The notes beneath the pieces were generated by a model. It saw only the letters and a program-made list of their open reading frames with translations. It was not told the DNA's origin and made no database searches. Made by a program: the position numbers and the translations under genes. This document shows positions 53,794 to 64,000 of a stretch of DNA of 64,000 nt, piece after piece. Source of the stretch: Rubripirellula sp. (GTDB lineage: Bacteria; Planctomycetota; Planctomycetia; Pirellulales; Pirellulaceae); contig OZ244207.1 of the NCBI GenBank assembly GCA_965216875.1, positions 6,528,001 through 6,592,000 of the forward strand, written 5' to 3'. Position 1 is the stretch's first letter; every line of letters starts with the position of its first letter.

Positions 53794-55908
53794 ATGCGCT
53801 CGTTCTTTTTAACTGCCGTTTTTGGTCTGCTCTCGATTCTCGTCAGCAATCAGGCAACGCTTGCTCAGGGCGTGATCCAAACGCTCGATCAGACTCCAGA
53901 AACGAATTGGCATCGCGCCGGGTTTTGGGAAACGATCGACGGTCAACCGATTGAAAGTAGTTGGGAGTTCGAGAACGACGAAGTGCGATTGATCAAGCCG
54001 CGCGGTGGTCGCGGCAGTTTGGTCAGCCGACCGTTACCGCCAAACTTTGAGTTGTCGTGGGATTGGAAGATCGACACCAAAACCAACACGGGACTGAAGT
54101 ATCGCGTCCGCAAATTTGGTGGCCGCTACCTGGGTGTCGAGTACCAAATCATTGACGAAACACCTGGCAAAGGAAAAGGCAAGGGTTCGACTGCCTCGAT
54201 CTATGACCTCGTAGCGCCCTTCGACGACAAACCTCTTATGCCAGCGGGTCATTGGAACCATGCCAAGGTTGTTGCGATCGGTCATCGGCTCGAGCACTAC
54301 CTCAATGGAAAACTAGTGGCAACGACTCAGACGGTCGGACCGCATTGGGATCAGCACGTTGCGCTGAGCAAGTTCTATGGTCTCGAGGACTTCGGGCGTC
54401 CACGCGATGGCGACCGCATCATGTTGACCGATCATGGCGGCACGGCGGTGTATCGGAACTTTCAATTTGTGACGCGGCAACCCGAGGAGCAATCAGAGCC
54501 GACGGTTTTAAACGCACCCCAGCTCGGCAACGGGATGCGAAATAGCTGGGCCGATCAAGACTCAATCGTGCTGTGGACGCGCACCACGGCGCGGCCTGAA
54601 ATGATTTCGGATGGCCCAAGATTTCACTCGTTAAGCAAAGCGGATGCCGGGCGTCTGGCAAAGAGCGAATCCGAAAGCGACATTCATCGTCAGCAGATTC
54701 CAAGTGGCTCGGAGCTTTCCGAAATTTTCGGAGCGATGCCGGGTGCGTCAGGCGAAGTGCGGCTTACCTACTTTCCAAAGCTCAATCGCAATTCCACAAA
54801 GTCGACCGATTGGGTGAAGACAACGGCGGCGAACGACTTCACCACTCAGTGGCGGCTCGACGGTTTGCAACCCGGGAAAAACTACGCCGCTGTTATCGAG
54901 TCGCGTGATCCCGAGTCGGGTGAACTGACCTGTGTCTTGCGAGGGCACTTCCAAACCGCACCGCCGGCGAAGAAGCGACAGGACCTTTCGTTCTGTGTGA
55001 CGACCTGCCATGACTTTATCCGTCGTGATGACGGCGCAGCCGGACACAAGATCTACCCTGTGATGTCCTCCATGCAGCCAGATTTCGTCGTCCACGCAGG
55101 TGACATCGAATACTACGACAAGCCGGATCCTTGGGCGATGACCCTCCCGCTAATGCGGTTCAAGTGGGGACGCATCTTTGCACTGCCCAGCAACCGTGCG
55201 TTCTACAACGACACGACAAGTTACTTCCTCAAGGATGACCACGACACACTCAAGAACGATTGTTGGGTCGGTCAACGCTACGGAAGCGTGACGTTTGAAG
55301 AGGGTGTCAAGCTTTTCAACGAGGAGCAGTTTCCTTCACACTCGCCGCGATACAAAACCGTGCGTTGGGGCAAGGACTTGCAGGTTTGGTTTTTGGAAGG
55401 ACGCGACTATCGCAGCCCCAACAACATCGCGGACGGACCGGAGAAAACGATCCTTGGGAAAGAACAGCGAGATTGGTTGTTTGAAACACTTGCGAAATCG
55501 GATGCGAAGTTCAAATTGATCTTTAGCCCAACGCCGATTGTCGGACCCGACCGGGCGAACAAAAAAGACAATCACGCCAATGAGAATTTTGTCCATGAAG
55601 GAAACCTCTTGCGTGATGAGTTCGCCCGACACGACGGAGTGATCGTCTTGTGCGGTGATCGACATTGGCAATACGCCTCGGTCGACGAGGAAACAAACCT
55701 GTGGGAGTTTGGCTGTGGACCAGGCAGCGAGAAGCATCAGCTAGGCTGGAAGCAAGGGGACGAGCGGCCGAAGCACCGATTTTTGCGGGTTGCGGGTGGG
55801 TTCCTTTCGGGCGAACTTCAATACGAACAAGGTGACTCGCAACTCACGTTGCGGCACCACAAAGTGACCGGCGAGCCGGTGAGTGAATTCGTTTTTCCAA
55901 CCGAGTGA
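53794..55908 (+). CDS. Secreted DUF1080 (3-keto-glycoside hydrolase-like) + PhoD alkaline phosphatase fusion
   Basis: Signal peptide. N-terminal NFELSWDWK, NTGLKY, EYQIID, GHWNH, HYLNG and LTDHG..YRN. C-terminal HAGDIEYYD, KDDHD, EGRDYRS and CGDRH. Confidence 0.8.
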   Translation: MRSFFLTAVFGLLSILVSNQATLAQGVIQTLDQTPETNWHRAGFWETIDGQPIESSWEFENDEVRLIKPRGGRGSLVSRPLPPNFELSWDWKIDTKTNTGLKYRVRKFGGRYLGVEYQIIDETPGKGKGKGSTASIYDLVAPFDDKPLMPAGHWNHAKVVAIGHRLEHYLNGKLVATTQTVGPHWDQHVALSKFYGLEDFGRPRDGDRIMLTDHGGTAVYRNFQFVTRQPEEQSEPTVLNAPQLGNGMRNSWADQDSIVLWTRTTARPEMISDGPRFHSLSKADAGRLAKSESESDIHRQQIPSGSELSEIFGAMPGASGEVRLTYFPKLNRNSTKSTDWVKTTAANDFTTQWRLDGLQPGKNYAAVIESRDPESGELTCVLRGHFQTAPPAKKRQDLSFCVTTCHDFIRRDDGAAGHKIYPVMSSMQPDFVVHAGDIEYYDKPDPWAMTLPLMRFKWGRIFALPSNRAFYNDTTSYFLKDDHDTLKNDCWVGQRYGSVTFEEGVKLFNEEQFPSHSPRYKTVRWGKDLQVWFLEGRDYRSPNNIADGPEKTILGKEQRDWLFETLAKSDAKFKLIFSPTPIVGPDRANKKDNHANENFVHEGNLLRDEFARHDGVIVLCGDRHWQYASVDEETNLWEFGCGPGSEKHQLGWKQGDERPKHRFLRVAGGFLSGELQYEQGDSQLTLRHHKVTGEPVSEFVFPTE

Positions 55909-55989
55909 CCGTTTTTCGGCTAATGGACCAACCGTTGAATCGTAATCGTGGTGGTGGAGCTGTTGAATGCGAGGACAGGGGTTAGGAAG

Positions 55990-57366
55990 TTGAGCGATTT
56001 TTACAAAACGATCGCGAGTGTTTCATTCTTGCTGGCGATGGCTGGATCGGTCGTTAGCCAAGAGCCGGATCTGACCAAGACCGAGTTTGTGGTTGCCGCG
56101 CGCGTCGTAGATGATGCAACGGGAGAGCCCATACCGCTGTTTCGCACCATACCCGGAACAGCCCATCGATCTTGGCGCAGCGATGACGAAGAACTCGCGA
56201 TTTGGCAGCCGCATCTTGTTCGCGAAATGGAAGGCGGTGTCCTGTCGTGGCCAAGAAAGCGTGGGTATGACAAGTTTCGACTGCGAATCGAAGCCGAAGG
56301 CTATGAACCGACCTTTACCGAGTGGACCGGGCGAAAACTGAAGCAGATCACTCCCGAGATTCGGATGCGCCGCGCGAATCTGTTGCGCGGCAAGGTCGTG
56401 AATGCGGAGGGTGACCCAGCGGCTGGAGCTGCAATTTCGGTCTCTCTTCCCAATGCAACCGTTCGCCTTGACGGTTGCAAGTTTCAAAGGGGCGACAAGA
56501 CGCCAGAAAAGTTGAGCGATTGGTGGCGGTTGCCAAGGATGTTCAAGTGTGACGAGAACGGCGAGTTTGAAGTGCCTGCGGAGCCAGACGTTTCAGCAGT
56601 CGTCTGTATTGTTCACCCGGACGGCTATTTCGACCAGCTCGCAACCGATTTTGCCATGCATGTGCGAGACAAGGAAGAGCAACCGATTCAATTAAAGCGG
56701 TGGGCTCGCGTTGAAGGCCAAGTGAAATGGCTGGACATGATCGGTGATGGCGAACGTATTTCGCTGACGCTGCACAAAGATTTCAAATACCCCGGCATGA
56801 TTGCAGCCTATCCCAACGTTGTTTCCGATGCGAAGGGGCGGTTTGTGTTTGAACACGTTCCGCCCGAAAGTGTCACGACAAACCTTGTGGTGAAGCTACC
56901 AGAGGGGACGAAGCTTAGTCAGATGCAAGTGCGTTTTGACTACCCAACCTTCCGGGAACGGCTTGAGCCAGGAGAAACCTGGGAAGTCGATTTCGGTGGT
57001 CGTGGCGCTGTGGTCACGGGGCAGCTCGATGGCCTTGATACGTATGAAGGGGTGACGCTCAGCATTCGGCCACCCGCCCCCGAGACCTTTAGCTGGTTCA
57101 AAATGGGAATGCCTGCGGGTGGCGACGACTTGATGAAGGGATATCAGGCGCTGTCGAAATCACGCTACGCGAAGTACTACTTTCGCGATGGCTTGCCAGT
57201 TAACTCTGACGGCTCGTTTCGCATCGAAGAGGTGATGACGGGCAAGTATCAATTGATTGTCTCTGGAAATGCTGCTGGCATGAGCCAGTTCGATGTCCTT
57301 CCACAAGGTGATGGTGACTCGCCGGTCAACCTTGGAACGATCAAGGTTCGAGGCAGCAAACCCTAA
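55990..57366 (+). CDS. Secreted carboxypeptidase-regulatory-like (beta-sandwich repeat) protein
   Basis: Signal peptide and repeated RVVDDATGEPI / GKVVNAEGDPAAGA / SDAKGRFVFEHVP / DGSFRIEEV motifs. TTG start inferred. Confidence 0.65.
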   Translation: MSDFYKTIASVSFLLAMAGSVVSQEPDLTKTEFVVAARVVDDATGEPIPLFRTIPGTAHRSWRSDDEELAIWQPHLVREMEGGVLSWPRKRGYDKFRLRIEAEGYEPTFTEWTGRKLKQITPEIRMRRANLLRGKVVNAEGDPAAGAAISVSLPNATVRLDGCKFQRGDKTPEKLSDWWRLPRMFKCDENGEFEVPAEPDVSAVVCIVHPDGYFDQLATDFAMHVRDKEEQPIQLKRWARVEGQVKWLDMIGDGERISLTLHKDFKYPGMIAAYPNVVSDAKGRFVFEHVPPESVTTNLVVKLPEGTKLSQMQVRFDYPTFRERLEPGETWEVDFGGRGAVVTGQLDGLDTYEGVTLSIRPPAPETFSWFKMGMPAGGDDLMKGYQALSKSRYAKYYFRDGLPVNSDGSFRIEEVMTGKYQLIVSGNAAGMSQFDVLPQGDGDSPVNLGTIKVRGSKP

Positions 57367-57390
57367 GTCGCAGCGAAAGACTGCCGGTCG

Positions 57391-58845
57391 TTAAGCGATG
57401 ACGGGATGCATCAACTCGCCGTGGATGTCGGTCAACCTGAAGTCACGACCTTGGTACTTGTAGGTAAGTCGTTCGTGATCGATTCCCATCAGGTGCAGGA
57501 TTGTCGCGTTGAGGTCATGCACGTGATAGGGATCGGAAACGATGTTGTAGCAATAGTCGTCGGTTTCGCCGATGGTTTGACCACCTTTGACACCAGCGCC
57601 GGCCATCAGCATCGTGAAGCAACGCGGATGGTGATCGCGACCGTAGTTTGTTTCTGTCAGCGATCCTTGTGAATAGATCGTGCGTCCAAACTCACCGCCC
57701 CAAACGATAAGCGTGTCTTCGAGAAGCCCGCGTTGTTTGAGGTCTTTGAGGAGTGCTGCGGTTGCTTGGTCGGTGTCGTTGCACTGGCCCTTGAGCGCCT
57801 TGGGCAGTCCGGCATGGTGGTCCCAGCCCATGTGGAAAAGTTGCACGAAGCGGACATCGCGTTCGGCGAGTCGTCGGGCAAGCAAGCAGTTCGACGCATA
57901 ACTGCCAGTTCGCGTCACGTCGGGACCGTAAGCATCGAGCACATGTTGTGGCTCGTCCGAAACATCAAGCAAGTCAGGAACGCTCGACTGCATTCGGAAG
58001 GCCATTTCGTATTGGGCGATTCGAGCTTGGATTTCGGGGTCGCCGACTTCTTGCATTCGTTGATTGTTCAGCGCCGCAAGTCGATCGAGTGTGCTGCGAC
58101 GAAGTTCTGACGAGATGCCGGCTGGATTCGAAAGATAAAGAACGGCATCGCCCGTGTTTCGAAACTTCACACCTTGGTGTTTGGAAGGGACGAAACCGGA
58201 TCCCCACAGTCGGTCATAAAGCGGTTGGTCATTGGGACGGCCACTGCCAAACGATGTCAGCACGATGTAGGCAGGAAGGTCTTGATTCTCGCTGCCCAAT
58301 CCGTAGCTGACCCATGATCCTATGCTGGGGCGACCTGCGAGTTGGGAACCGGTTTGGAAGAAGGTGATCGCCGGGTCATGGTTGATCGCTTCGGTGTGCA
58401 GCGAACGGATCATGCACCATTCATCCGCAGTCGATGCAATGTTGGGAAGGAGTTCGCTGAACCACATTCCCGATTCGCCATGTTGATCAAAATTGAAGAT
58501 CGATGGAGCGACCGGAAACGATTTCTGCCCCGACGTCATCGTCGTTAGACGCTGACCTTGGCGAATCGAATCGGGAAGGTTCTCGCCGTGGCGATCCTTC
58601 ATCATCGGTTTGGGGTCAAACAAATCCATCTGCGACGGCGCACCCGATTGGAACAGATAGATGATGCGTTTGGCCTTAGGCGCATGATGTGGCAAGCCCG
58701 CCAGGACGTTCGATTCCGTGGCACCCGCGCTCTCGCCTCCGATCAAGGAGGCAAGTGCCGCAGCGCCGATGGCAGACGTGCCGCGTCGCATGAACAGACG
58801 ACGGTTGATGGCGTCTTGAAGAGCCAGTGTTTGGTTGGGATTCAT
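57391..58845 (-). CDS. DUF1501 domain protein (Tat-like leader)
   Basis: NRRLFMR leader, [45 protein letters not shown] and RLTDIHG. Confidence 0.92.
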   Translation of the reverse strand: MNPNQTLALQDAINRRLFMRRGTSAIGAAALASLIGGESAGATESNVLAGLPHHAPKAKRIIYLFQSGAPSQMDLFDPKPMMKDRHGENLPDSIRQGQRLTTMTSGQKSFPVAPSIFNFDQHGESGMWFSELLPNIASTADEWCMIRSLHTEAINHDPAITFFQTGSQLAGRPSIGSWVSYGLGSENQDLPAYIVLTSFGSGRPNDQPLYDRLWGSGFVPSKHQGVKFRNTGDAVLYLSNPAGISSELRRSTLDRLAALNNQRMQEVGDPEIQARIAQYEMAFRMQSSVPDLLDVSDEPQHVLDAYGPDVTRTGSYASNCLLARRLAERDVRFVQLFHMGWDHHAGLPKALKGQCNDTDQATAALLKDLKQRGLLEDTLIVWGGEFGRTIYSQGSLTETNYGRDHHPRCFTMLMAGAGVKGGQTIGETDDYCYNIVSDPYHVHDLNATILHLMGIDHERLTYKYQGRDFRLTDIHGELMHPVIA

Positions 58846-58858
58846 TTTCTGGTTTCAA

Positions 58859-61800
58859 TCAATCTCGAGTCACAAACTCATCAAGGTTTAGCAATACGTT
58901 TGCCGTCACGGTGTACGCGGCCCACTCAGTCGGATCGAGTTTTTCGCTTGGCTGCCACTTTCCGATTTCGAGCAGCGTTTTCGCAGCGTCTGGGTTGGCC
59001 GTGAAGTGTTTTTGGTCGTCTTTGAGTCCGTGCTCGAGAAGCAACAGTTCATCGGCAGTAGGGTTTCGCGCGAGTACGGTTTGGAATGCAAACTTCAGTC
59101 GGTCGGTTGGCGTGTTGCCACCGTCGGTGAGCATTTTGGCGGCCAATCCACGTGCGGCTTCGACAAAGGTGATCTCATTAAGAAGTGACAGCGCCTGCAG
59201 CGGTGTGTTGGTTCGCGATCGCTTTACCGTACAAACCTCGCGGTTGGGGGCGTCAAACAGCAGCATCGTTGGTGGCGCCGCAGTTCGTTTCCAGATCGTG
59301 TACATGGTGCGGCGATAAAGTCCGTCGCCGGTATCCGCTTTGTAGTTTCGCAGGTTGCCGTAGACGCTGGTTTCATCCCAGACACCTTCGGGCATGTAGG
59401 GACGAACGCTCGGACCGCCAATTCTGTCGATCAAGAGTCCACTGGCAGCCAACGCCGAATCGCGAATCATTTCGCCAGATAATCGGAAGCGTGAGCCACG
59501 AGCGTGCAGCCGGTTGGCCGGATCTTTCTCGAGCAATTGTGGGGTGACGCTGGACGCTTGTTGGTATGTCGCACTCATCACCATCATTTTGTGCATCGCT
59601 TTCATGTCCCAGGCGGTTGCCGGTTTGCCTGCGACATCGGGCAGCGTGCTCGGCTCCATGAACTCAACGGCGAGCCAATCAAGAAGTTCGGGATGGCTGG
59701 GGAATTCCGCTTGCGATCCAAAGTTCTCGGAGGTCTTGACGATGCCAACGCCAAAGAAGTGTTCCCAGGCACGGTTGACCCAAACACGCGCGGTCAGCGG
59801 GTTGGACGGATCCACAATCCATCGCGCCAAGCCAAGTCGGTTCATCGGTTGCCCTTCGGGCATCGGTGGCAAGACTTGAGGGAGGGCGCGTCCGACCTTA
59901 TCGGCAGGCTTGTCGTATTCACCACGGGTTAGGACAAAGGCATCGCGAACCTTGCCCTCTTTCATCACCATGGTTGTGACGATGGTTTTGTCGATGTCAC
60001 TGATTTGTTTTTCGAGCTTCTCGACCGCAGCGCCTGCTTCGCGCAAAGGCTTGTCGACATTCTCACGATAGTAGCTGGCGAGTTGTTTGGTCTCTTCGTC
60101 GCTTCGCTCGGACGAGGGTTTGGCCAGGACCTGTTCGATGTCCCCGGGGAAACGCTTGCCGTCAAGATGGAGCGCGTCGGGTTCGGCGCCGCTGACCGCA
60201 AGACGAAAACGACCGATGTTGTGTCCCGAATAAGGTGATCGGTGCTTCATCGTGATCTGAATGGAAGCACCGCTGGGAAGCTCCATCGGTTCTTTGCATT
60301 TGAGCATCAACCGCCGAGGCGTCCGTTTGTCTTTGATATGGCCATCGATGGCCCAGCCCTGACGTTTCTGGTTGGATGGCTTTCCGGTGCGGAGTGATTC
60401 GGCTGTCCAGCCAGCTTGTTCGTAGTTGGCTTGAGCCGCGATGAAGTCGACTTGTTTTGATGCGTCGCCATCGGTGCCACGAATTTCAGCAGTGAGGCTC
60501 GTCAACACAACGTTGCCGTTTCCCGCTCGGCCGTAGCCTTTGTTTGCAAGGCGATCGTCGGGCAACAATTCAAGCATCACGCCGCTCAAGGTGCTCATGC
60601 CAAGCGGCGCGGTGACGGTGTAGTCATCGAACGCAGGATTCTTGCCTTTGACAAGTAGCGATCCGTCGTCGAGGACTTGAAAATCCGCGCCGCCGGTCGA
60701 CTTGGCAACGACTTTGCTCAGGTCTTGCCACGGCGTTGATTTCGATGGCGAGTCGGCAAGCACCTTCTTTTCCCAAGCAGCGAGTCGCTCAGGCAAATCA
60801 CTCGCCGTTTTCTTTTTGTCGTTCTTGGCGACCTTCAACAGGTCGCGAAGCTTGGTGAGCTTTTCGGTTTGCTCGAGCGTTGGCAGGTCGAGGACCGGTG
60901 GCGTGTTCTGCCCGTTCTTGCCATTGGGCGCGAGCACACCCGATTCTTCGACCGAGTTGAAAAAGGCAAAGAGTTGGTAGAACTCCTTTTGACTAATCGG
61001 GTCGTACTTGTGATCGTGACAGCGACAGCAGTTCAGCGTGAGACCGAGCCAAGTCAATCCCGTCGTTTCCACACGGTCGATCACCGTCTCGACAAACCAC
61101 TCATCGACAATCCGCCCCCCTTCTCCGTTGAGTCGATGATTGCGATTGAACCCGGTAGCAATGAGTTGATCCTGCGATGGGTTGTCGAGCATATCGCCGG
61201 CCAGTTGTTCAATGGTGAATTGATCAAAAGGGACGTTGCGATTGAGTGCTTCGATCAACCATTGCCGCCAAGCCCAAAGTTCTCGGCTGCCATCGCTTTG
61301 GAAGCCATTGCTGTCGGCGTACCTGGCCAGGTCGAGCCAGCGGTGCGCCATCTGTTCGCCGTACCGTGGGGACATCAGCAAACGATCGACCAGTTTTTCG
61401 TAGGCGTCTTCGGACGTGTCGTCCAAGAACTGTTGCACTTCATCGGGCGTTGGAGGAACACCGGTCAAGTCGAGCGTGACGCGGCGGATCAACGTTTGAC
61501 GATCTGCTTTGCCGGATGGTCTGAGTCCTTCGCGTTTGAGTCGGTCGTGAATGAAACGATCGATCGCACGATCGGACCAATGGGTTTCTTCAGGAAGGTT
61601 GGGACGAACCGGAGCGGCGAAAGCCCAGTGGCCATCGTAGGGTGCACCTTCAGCGATCCAACGTTTGAGCAACTCGATCTGCGCTTTCGTCAGTTGTTTT
61701 CCTGAGTCTTGCGGTGGCATCCGCTCAAACTCGTCGTCGGTGATCACACGAGCGATCAGCAGGCTGGCTTCGACATCGCCCGGGACGATCGCCGGTTCGC

Positions 61801-62014
61801 CCGAATCGGCTTCGGCAATCGCACGATCGCGCTCGTCCAGGCGCAAGCCTCCCTCTCGGTGCTCTTCATCGGGACCGTGACAGACGAAACAATTCTCTGA
61901 AAGGATCGGACGAATGTCGCGATTGAACGAAACGGGATCGTCGGCAGAGGCAATCGAGGCCAGCATCGCGACGGCAAGGCTTGCGCAAACCGAAGGAAAA
62001 CGTCGGTGTGACAT
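58859..62014 (-). CDS. Planctomycete cytochrome c / DUF1549 / DUF1553 protein
   Basis: FNRDIRPILSENCFVCHG, RRVTLDLTG, WLDLARYADSNG, CCRCHDHKYDP, HPELLDWLA, TNTPLQAL and NLDEF. Confidence 0.93.
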   Translation of the reverse strand: MSHRRFPSVCASLAVAMLASIASADDPVSFNRDIRPILSENCFVCHGPDEEHREGGLRLDERDRAIAEADSGEPAIVPGDVEASLLIARVITDDEFERMPPQDSGKQLTKAQIELLKRWIAEGAPYDGHWAFAAPVRPNLPEETHWSDRAIDRFIHDRLKREGLRPSGKADRQTLIRRVTLDLTGVPPTPDEVQQFLDDTSEDAYEKLVDRLLMSPRYGEQMAHRWLDLARYADSNGFQSDGSRELWAWRQWLIEALNRNVPFDQFTIEQLAGDMLDNPSQDQLIATGFNRNHRLNGEGGRIVDEWFVETVIDRVETTGLTWLGLTLNCCRCHDHKYDPISQKEFYQLFAFFNSVEESGVLAPNGKNGQNTPPVLDLPTLEQTEKLTKLRDLLKVAKNDKKKTASDLPERLAAWEKKVLADSPSKSTPWQDLSKVVAKSTGGADFQVLDDGSLLVKGKNPAFDDYTVTAPLGMSTLSGVMLELLPDDRLANKGYGRAGNGNVVLTSLTAEIRGTDGDASKQVDFIAAQANYEQAGWTAESLRTGKPSNQKRQGWAIDGHIKDKRTPRRLMLKCKEPMELPSGASIQITMKHRSPYSGHNIGRFRLAVSGAEPDALHLDGKRFPGDIEQVLAKPSSERSDEETKQLASYYRENVDKPLREAGAAVEKLEKQISDIDKTIVTTMVMKEGKVRDAFVLTRGEYDKPADKVGRALPQVLPPMPEGQPMNRLGLARWIVDPSNPLTARVWVNRAWEHFFGVGIVKTSENFGSQAEFPSHPELLDWLAVEFMEPSTLPDVAGKPATAWDMKAMHKMMVMSATYQQASSVTPQLLEKDPANRLHARGSRFRLSGEMIRDSALAASGLLIDRIGGPSVRPYMPEGVWDETSVYGNLRNYKADTGDGLYRRTMYTIWKRTAAPPTMLLFDAPNREVCTVKRSRTNTPLQALSLLNEITFVEAARGLAAKMLTDGGNTPTDRLKFAFQTVLARNPTADELLLLEHGLKDDQKHFTANPDAAKTLLEIGKWQPSEKLDPTEWAAYTVTANVLLNLDEFVTRD

Positions 62015-62344
62015 TTGCGAGGCAATCAGGAGGAAGGGAGGGGAGGCGAGTTTCGCAGCACGCTCGCGGAGTGGAAAGGATTGATTCCGGCTCAAGCGGG
62101 TGCTGCAGACGTGTACAGACCGGAACCGCATTTTAGTCGCTTCCGCCGATCCTGCCTGCCCTGGTTTGCTTGCACCCGGGGAGGATCGCTGCGTTCGATT
62201 CAATCGTCACAGCCGGAGGCATTCGGAGCGGATTGGCCCCCACTCACATAGGCCATTTCTCGGTGCGCGCGTTCGACCCGGGATTCATGAGCTAAACAAA
62301 AAGTAGGAAGTCTTTTCTACAAATATCTGAATCCAGATTCATTC

Positions 62345-63187
62345 ATGATGCACCGACGCTACGCGCTTTCTGCGTTCGCTGTGGGCTTGGTAACGGTATG
62401 CGGTTGCAATCCGGCGAACCAACCCCAACCCAATCACTTTGCGGCAACACCGGTTGTTCATTCCTCTCGTGATGCCGAGCGATCAACCGACCCGGCCACC
62501 TTGGGGCAACCGTCGATCGAGCGGGAACTGCGCCCGAACCGGTCCCTTGGCCCATCCGGCCGGTACAAGCCGGAGCCTACCTTGCAGTCCGATTCGCTGC
62601 GGCAGAAGTGCATCGATGAACTCCGCCAACAGCGCTCCTATCGTTTCGACTTTGGGGTTCAGACGATCGATGGAAAGAGAATCTCGAAACGCGACTTCAA
62701 CGGTCGGCTCTTGATCGTCGATCTATGGGCGACTTGGTGCGGGCCTTGCAAACGCGAGATACCCCACTTCATCGCCCTACAACGAAAGTACAAAGATGCC
62801 GGGCTGTCGATTGTCGGATTCAACTTCGAACGCGAGTCGGGCTATTTGGCCAACGTTCGCAAAGTGCAATCGTTTGCCGATTCGGCAAGGATCAATTACC
62901 CGTTGGTCATTGGATCCGAAAAGATCTCAAAGCAAGTGCCGGACTTTCGCGCTTATCCCACGACGCTTTTTATCGATGGTAACGGCAAGGTGCGGCTAAC
63001 GATTGTTGGCGCTCGATCGAGGGCCGAGCTCGAAACGTTCGTGCAAATCCTTTTGCAAGATCCGTCCATCGACCCCGATGGCGTGACGTTGCCAACGCCG
63101 ATGGCGGATTCTGCGGGTGCGCAACCGGAGGGTCCGCCCCCCGTGAGGCTCAACCCATTCTTAACGGGCGACAAAGAAGTGCCGTAA
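62345..63187 (+). CDS. TlpA-like thiol-disulfide oxidoreductase lipoprotein
   Basis: Lipobox-like VCGC, DLWATWCGPCKREIP and YPTTLFID. Confidence 0.88.
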   Translation: MMHRRYALSAFAVGLVTVCGCNPANQPQPNHFAATPVVHSSRDAERSTDPATLGQPSIERELRPNRSLGPSGRYKPEPTLQSDSLRQKCIDELRQQRSYRFDFGVQTIDGKRISKRDFNGRLLIVDLWATWCGPCKREIPHFIALQRKYKDAGLSIVGFNFERESGYLANVRKVQSFADSARINYPLVIGSEKISKQVPDFRAYPTTLFIDGNGKVRLTIVGARSRAELETFVQILLQDPSIDPDGVTLPTPMADSAGAQPEGPPPVRLNPFLTGDKEVP

Positions 63188-63351
63188 CAATCGGAACTTT
63201 CTGAATATCTAGCCCTTGTTAACTTGACTCCGCAAAGTCGTGACACATGTTTCCGTTGGATACATCTAGCCCATCCGGGGCAAGTTGCGTCCATCGGTCG
63301 ACCAATTCAATCCTCAAGCTGACCTGATTGTCAGCGGGACTCTGAACGGGT

Positions 63352-63428
63352 TATCCGAAAAAGGCAAACCGATCGCGAGGTCGGGACGCAAAGTCACGGG
63401 TCTCTCCGAGACGGCCGGACTGCCGAAG
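63352..63428 (+). ncRNA. c-di-GMP-I (GEMM) riboswitch
   Basis: AAAGGCAAACC-GATC-GCGA-GGTC-GGGACGCAAAG-TCACGGGTCTCTCCGAGACGGCCGGAC-TGCCGAA matches the GEMM consensus and lies about 70 nt upstream of a start codon. Confidence 0.9.
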
Positions 63429-63495
63429 CAAAACCCGCCCCAACACCAAAATGCGATTCGCCCGTTTTGCGGCAGGCGATTCGTGGGAGAGTCCC

Positions 63496-63885
63496 ATGCA
63501 ACAAGCCAAGATTCTAGTCGCCGACGACAGTCGGACGATTCGAGCGCTGGTCTGCCGCACTCTGACCCAAGCAGGCTTTGACGTCATGTTGGCTGCTGAT
63601 GGCTTGGAAGCTGTCCAGCTTGCTCGACGCGATCATCCCGATTTGGTGATTCTGGATATCCAAATGCCAGAGATGGACGGCTACACCGCGTGTGAGCAAA
63701 TCTTGGCGTTGGAAGATCGTCAATCTGAATTGCCCATCGTGTTTCTGACCAAAGACTCAGCCAAACACCTCAACGCGCTGGGCGCCCAACTGGGGGCCTA
63801 CCTGCCAAAGCCAGTTGAAGAAGAAACGCTGCTGTCGACCGTTCGCACGTTGCTCCATAAACGAGCAACCTCACAACTCTGCTAA
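63496..63885 (+). CDS. Single-domain response regulator (CheY-like)
   Basis: ILVADDS, LVILDIQMPEMDG, FLT and YLPKP. GGGAGAG RBS. Confidence 0.92.
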   Translation: MQQAKILVADDSRTIRALVCRTLTQAGFDVMLAADGLEAVQLARRDHPDLVILDIQMPEMDGYTACEQILALEDRQSELPIVFLTKDSAKHLNALGAQLGAYLPKPVEEETLLSTVRTLLHKRATSQLC

Positions 63886-63898
63886 CGGGATTTGGCAC

Positions 63899-64000
63899 AT
63901 GCTGATTAATGAAACACGACCAACACCCGAACAACTCGACGCAAAGAAGTTGCGCAGCGAGCTCGATGAATTCGTTGCACAAATCCAATCTCGTTTGGAT
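63899..64000 (+). CDS. Hypothetical protein, 3' truncated
   Basis: ATG 13 nt after the REC stop, open to the window end (MLINETRPTPEQLDAKKLRSELDEFVAQIQSRLD). Confidence 0.45.
   Translation, partial: MLINETRPTPEQLDAKKLRSELDEFVAQIQSRLD

Overview
This window is about 64 kb of chromosome from a planctomycete, most likely Pirellulaceae-like. That call rests on the RpoB/RpoC sequences, an ECF-sigma/Ser-Thr kinase pair, a DUF1501/DUF1553 pair and an NPYQSP-type membrane protein. Most of it is core or lineage-typical content: rpoB-rpoC (not flanked by ribosomal-protein genes), purF, proB, miaB, nth, a short RecQ, a U32/RlhA-like protein, a DHS-like protein, an M16 peptidase pair, a four-gene pseudopilin cluster and a separate GspE/PilB ATPase. 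The most notable items are: (1) a stand-alone canonical (eukaryote-type) poly(ADP-ribose) glycohydrolase at 17.4-18.7 kb, bracketed by two different REP-like repeats; (2) a coupled operon at 48.3-52.8 kb encoding a signal/TM-bearing PspA/ESCRT-III-like coiled-coil protein, a degenerate tandem-FHA protein, a polytopic Ser/Thr kinase and a membrane protein; (3) an ECF-linked Ser/Thr kinase whose extracytoplasmic part is a TAXI-type solute-binding domain; (4) a 1-kb composite repeat mosaic with a 232-bp tandem duplication upstream of rpoB; (5) a c-di-GMP-I riboswitch in front of a single-domain response regulator; and (6) a sigma54-type promoter with an upstream palindrome ahead of a small unknown ORF. 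I saw no transposase, integrase, tRNA/rRNA gene or CRISPR array. All family assignments come from recognising motifs by eye, not from database searches. Several start codons were moved downstream of the ORF-track start.
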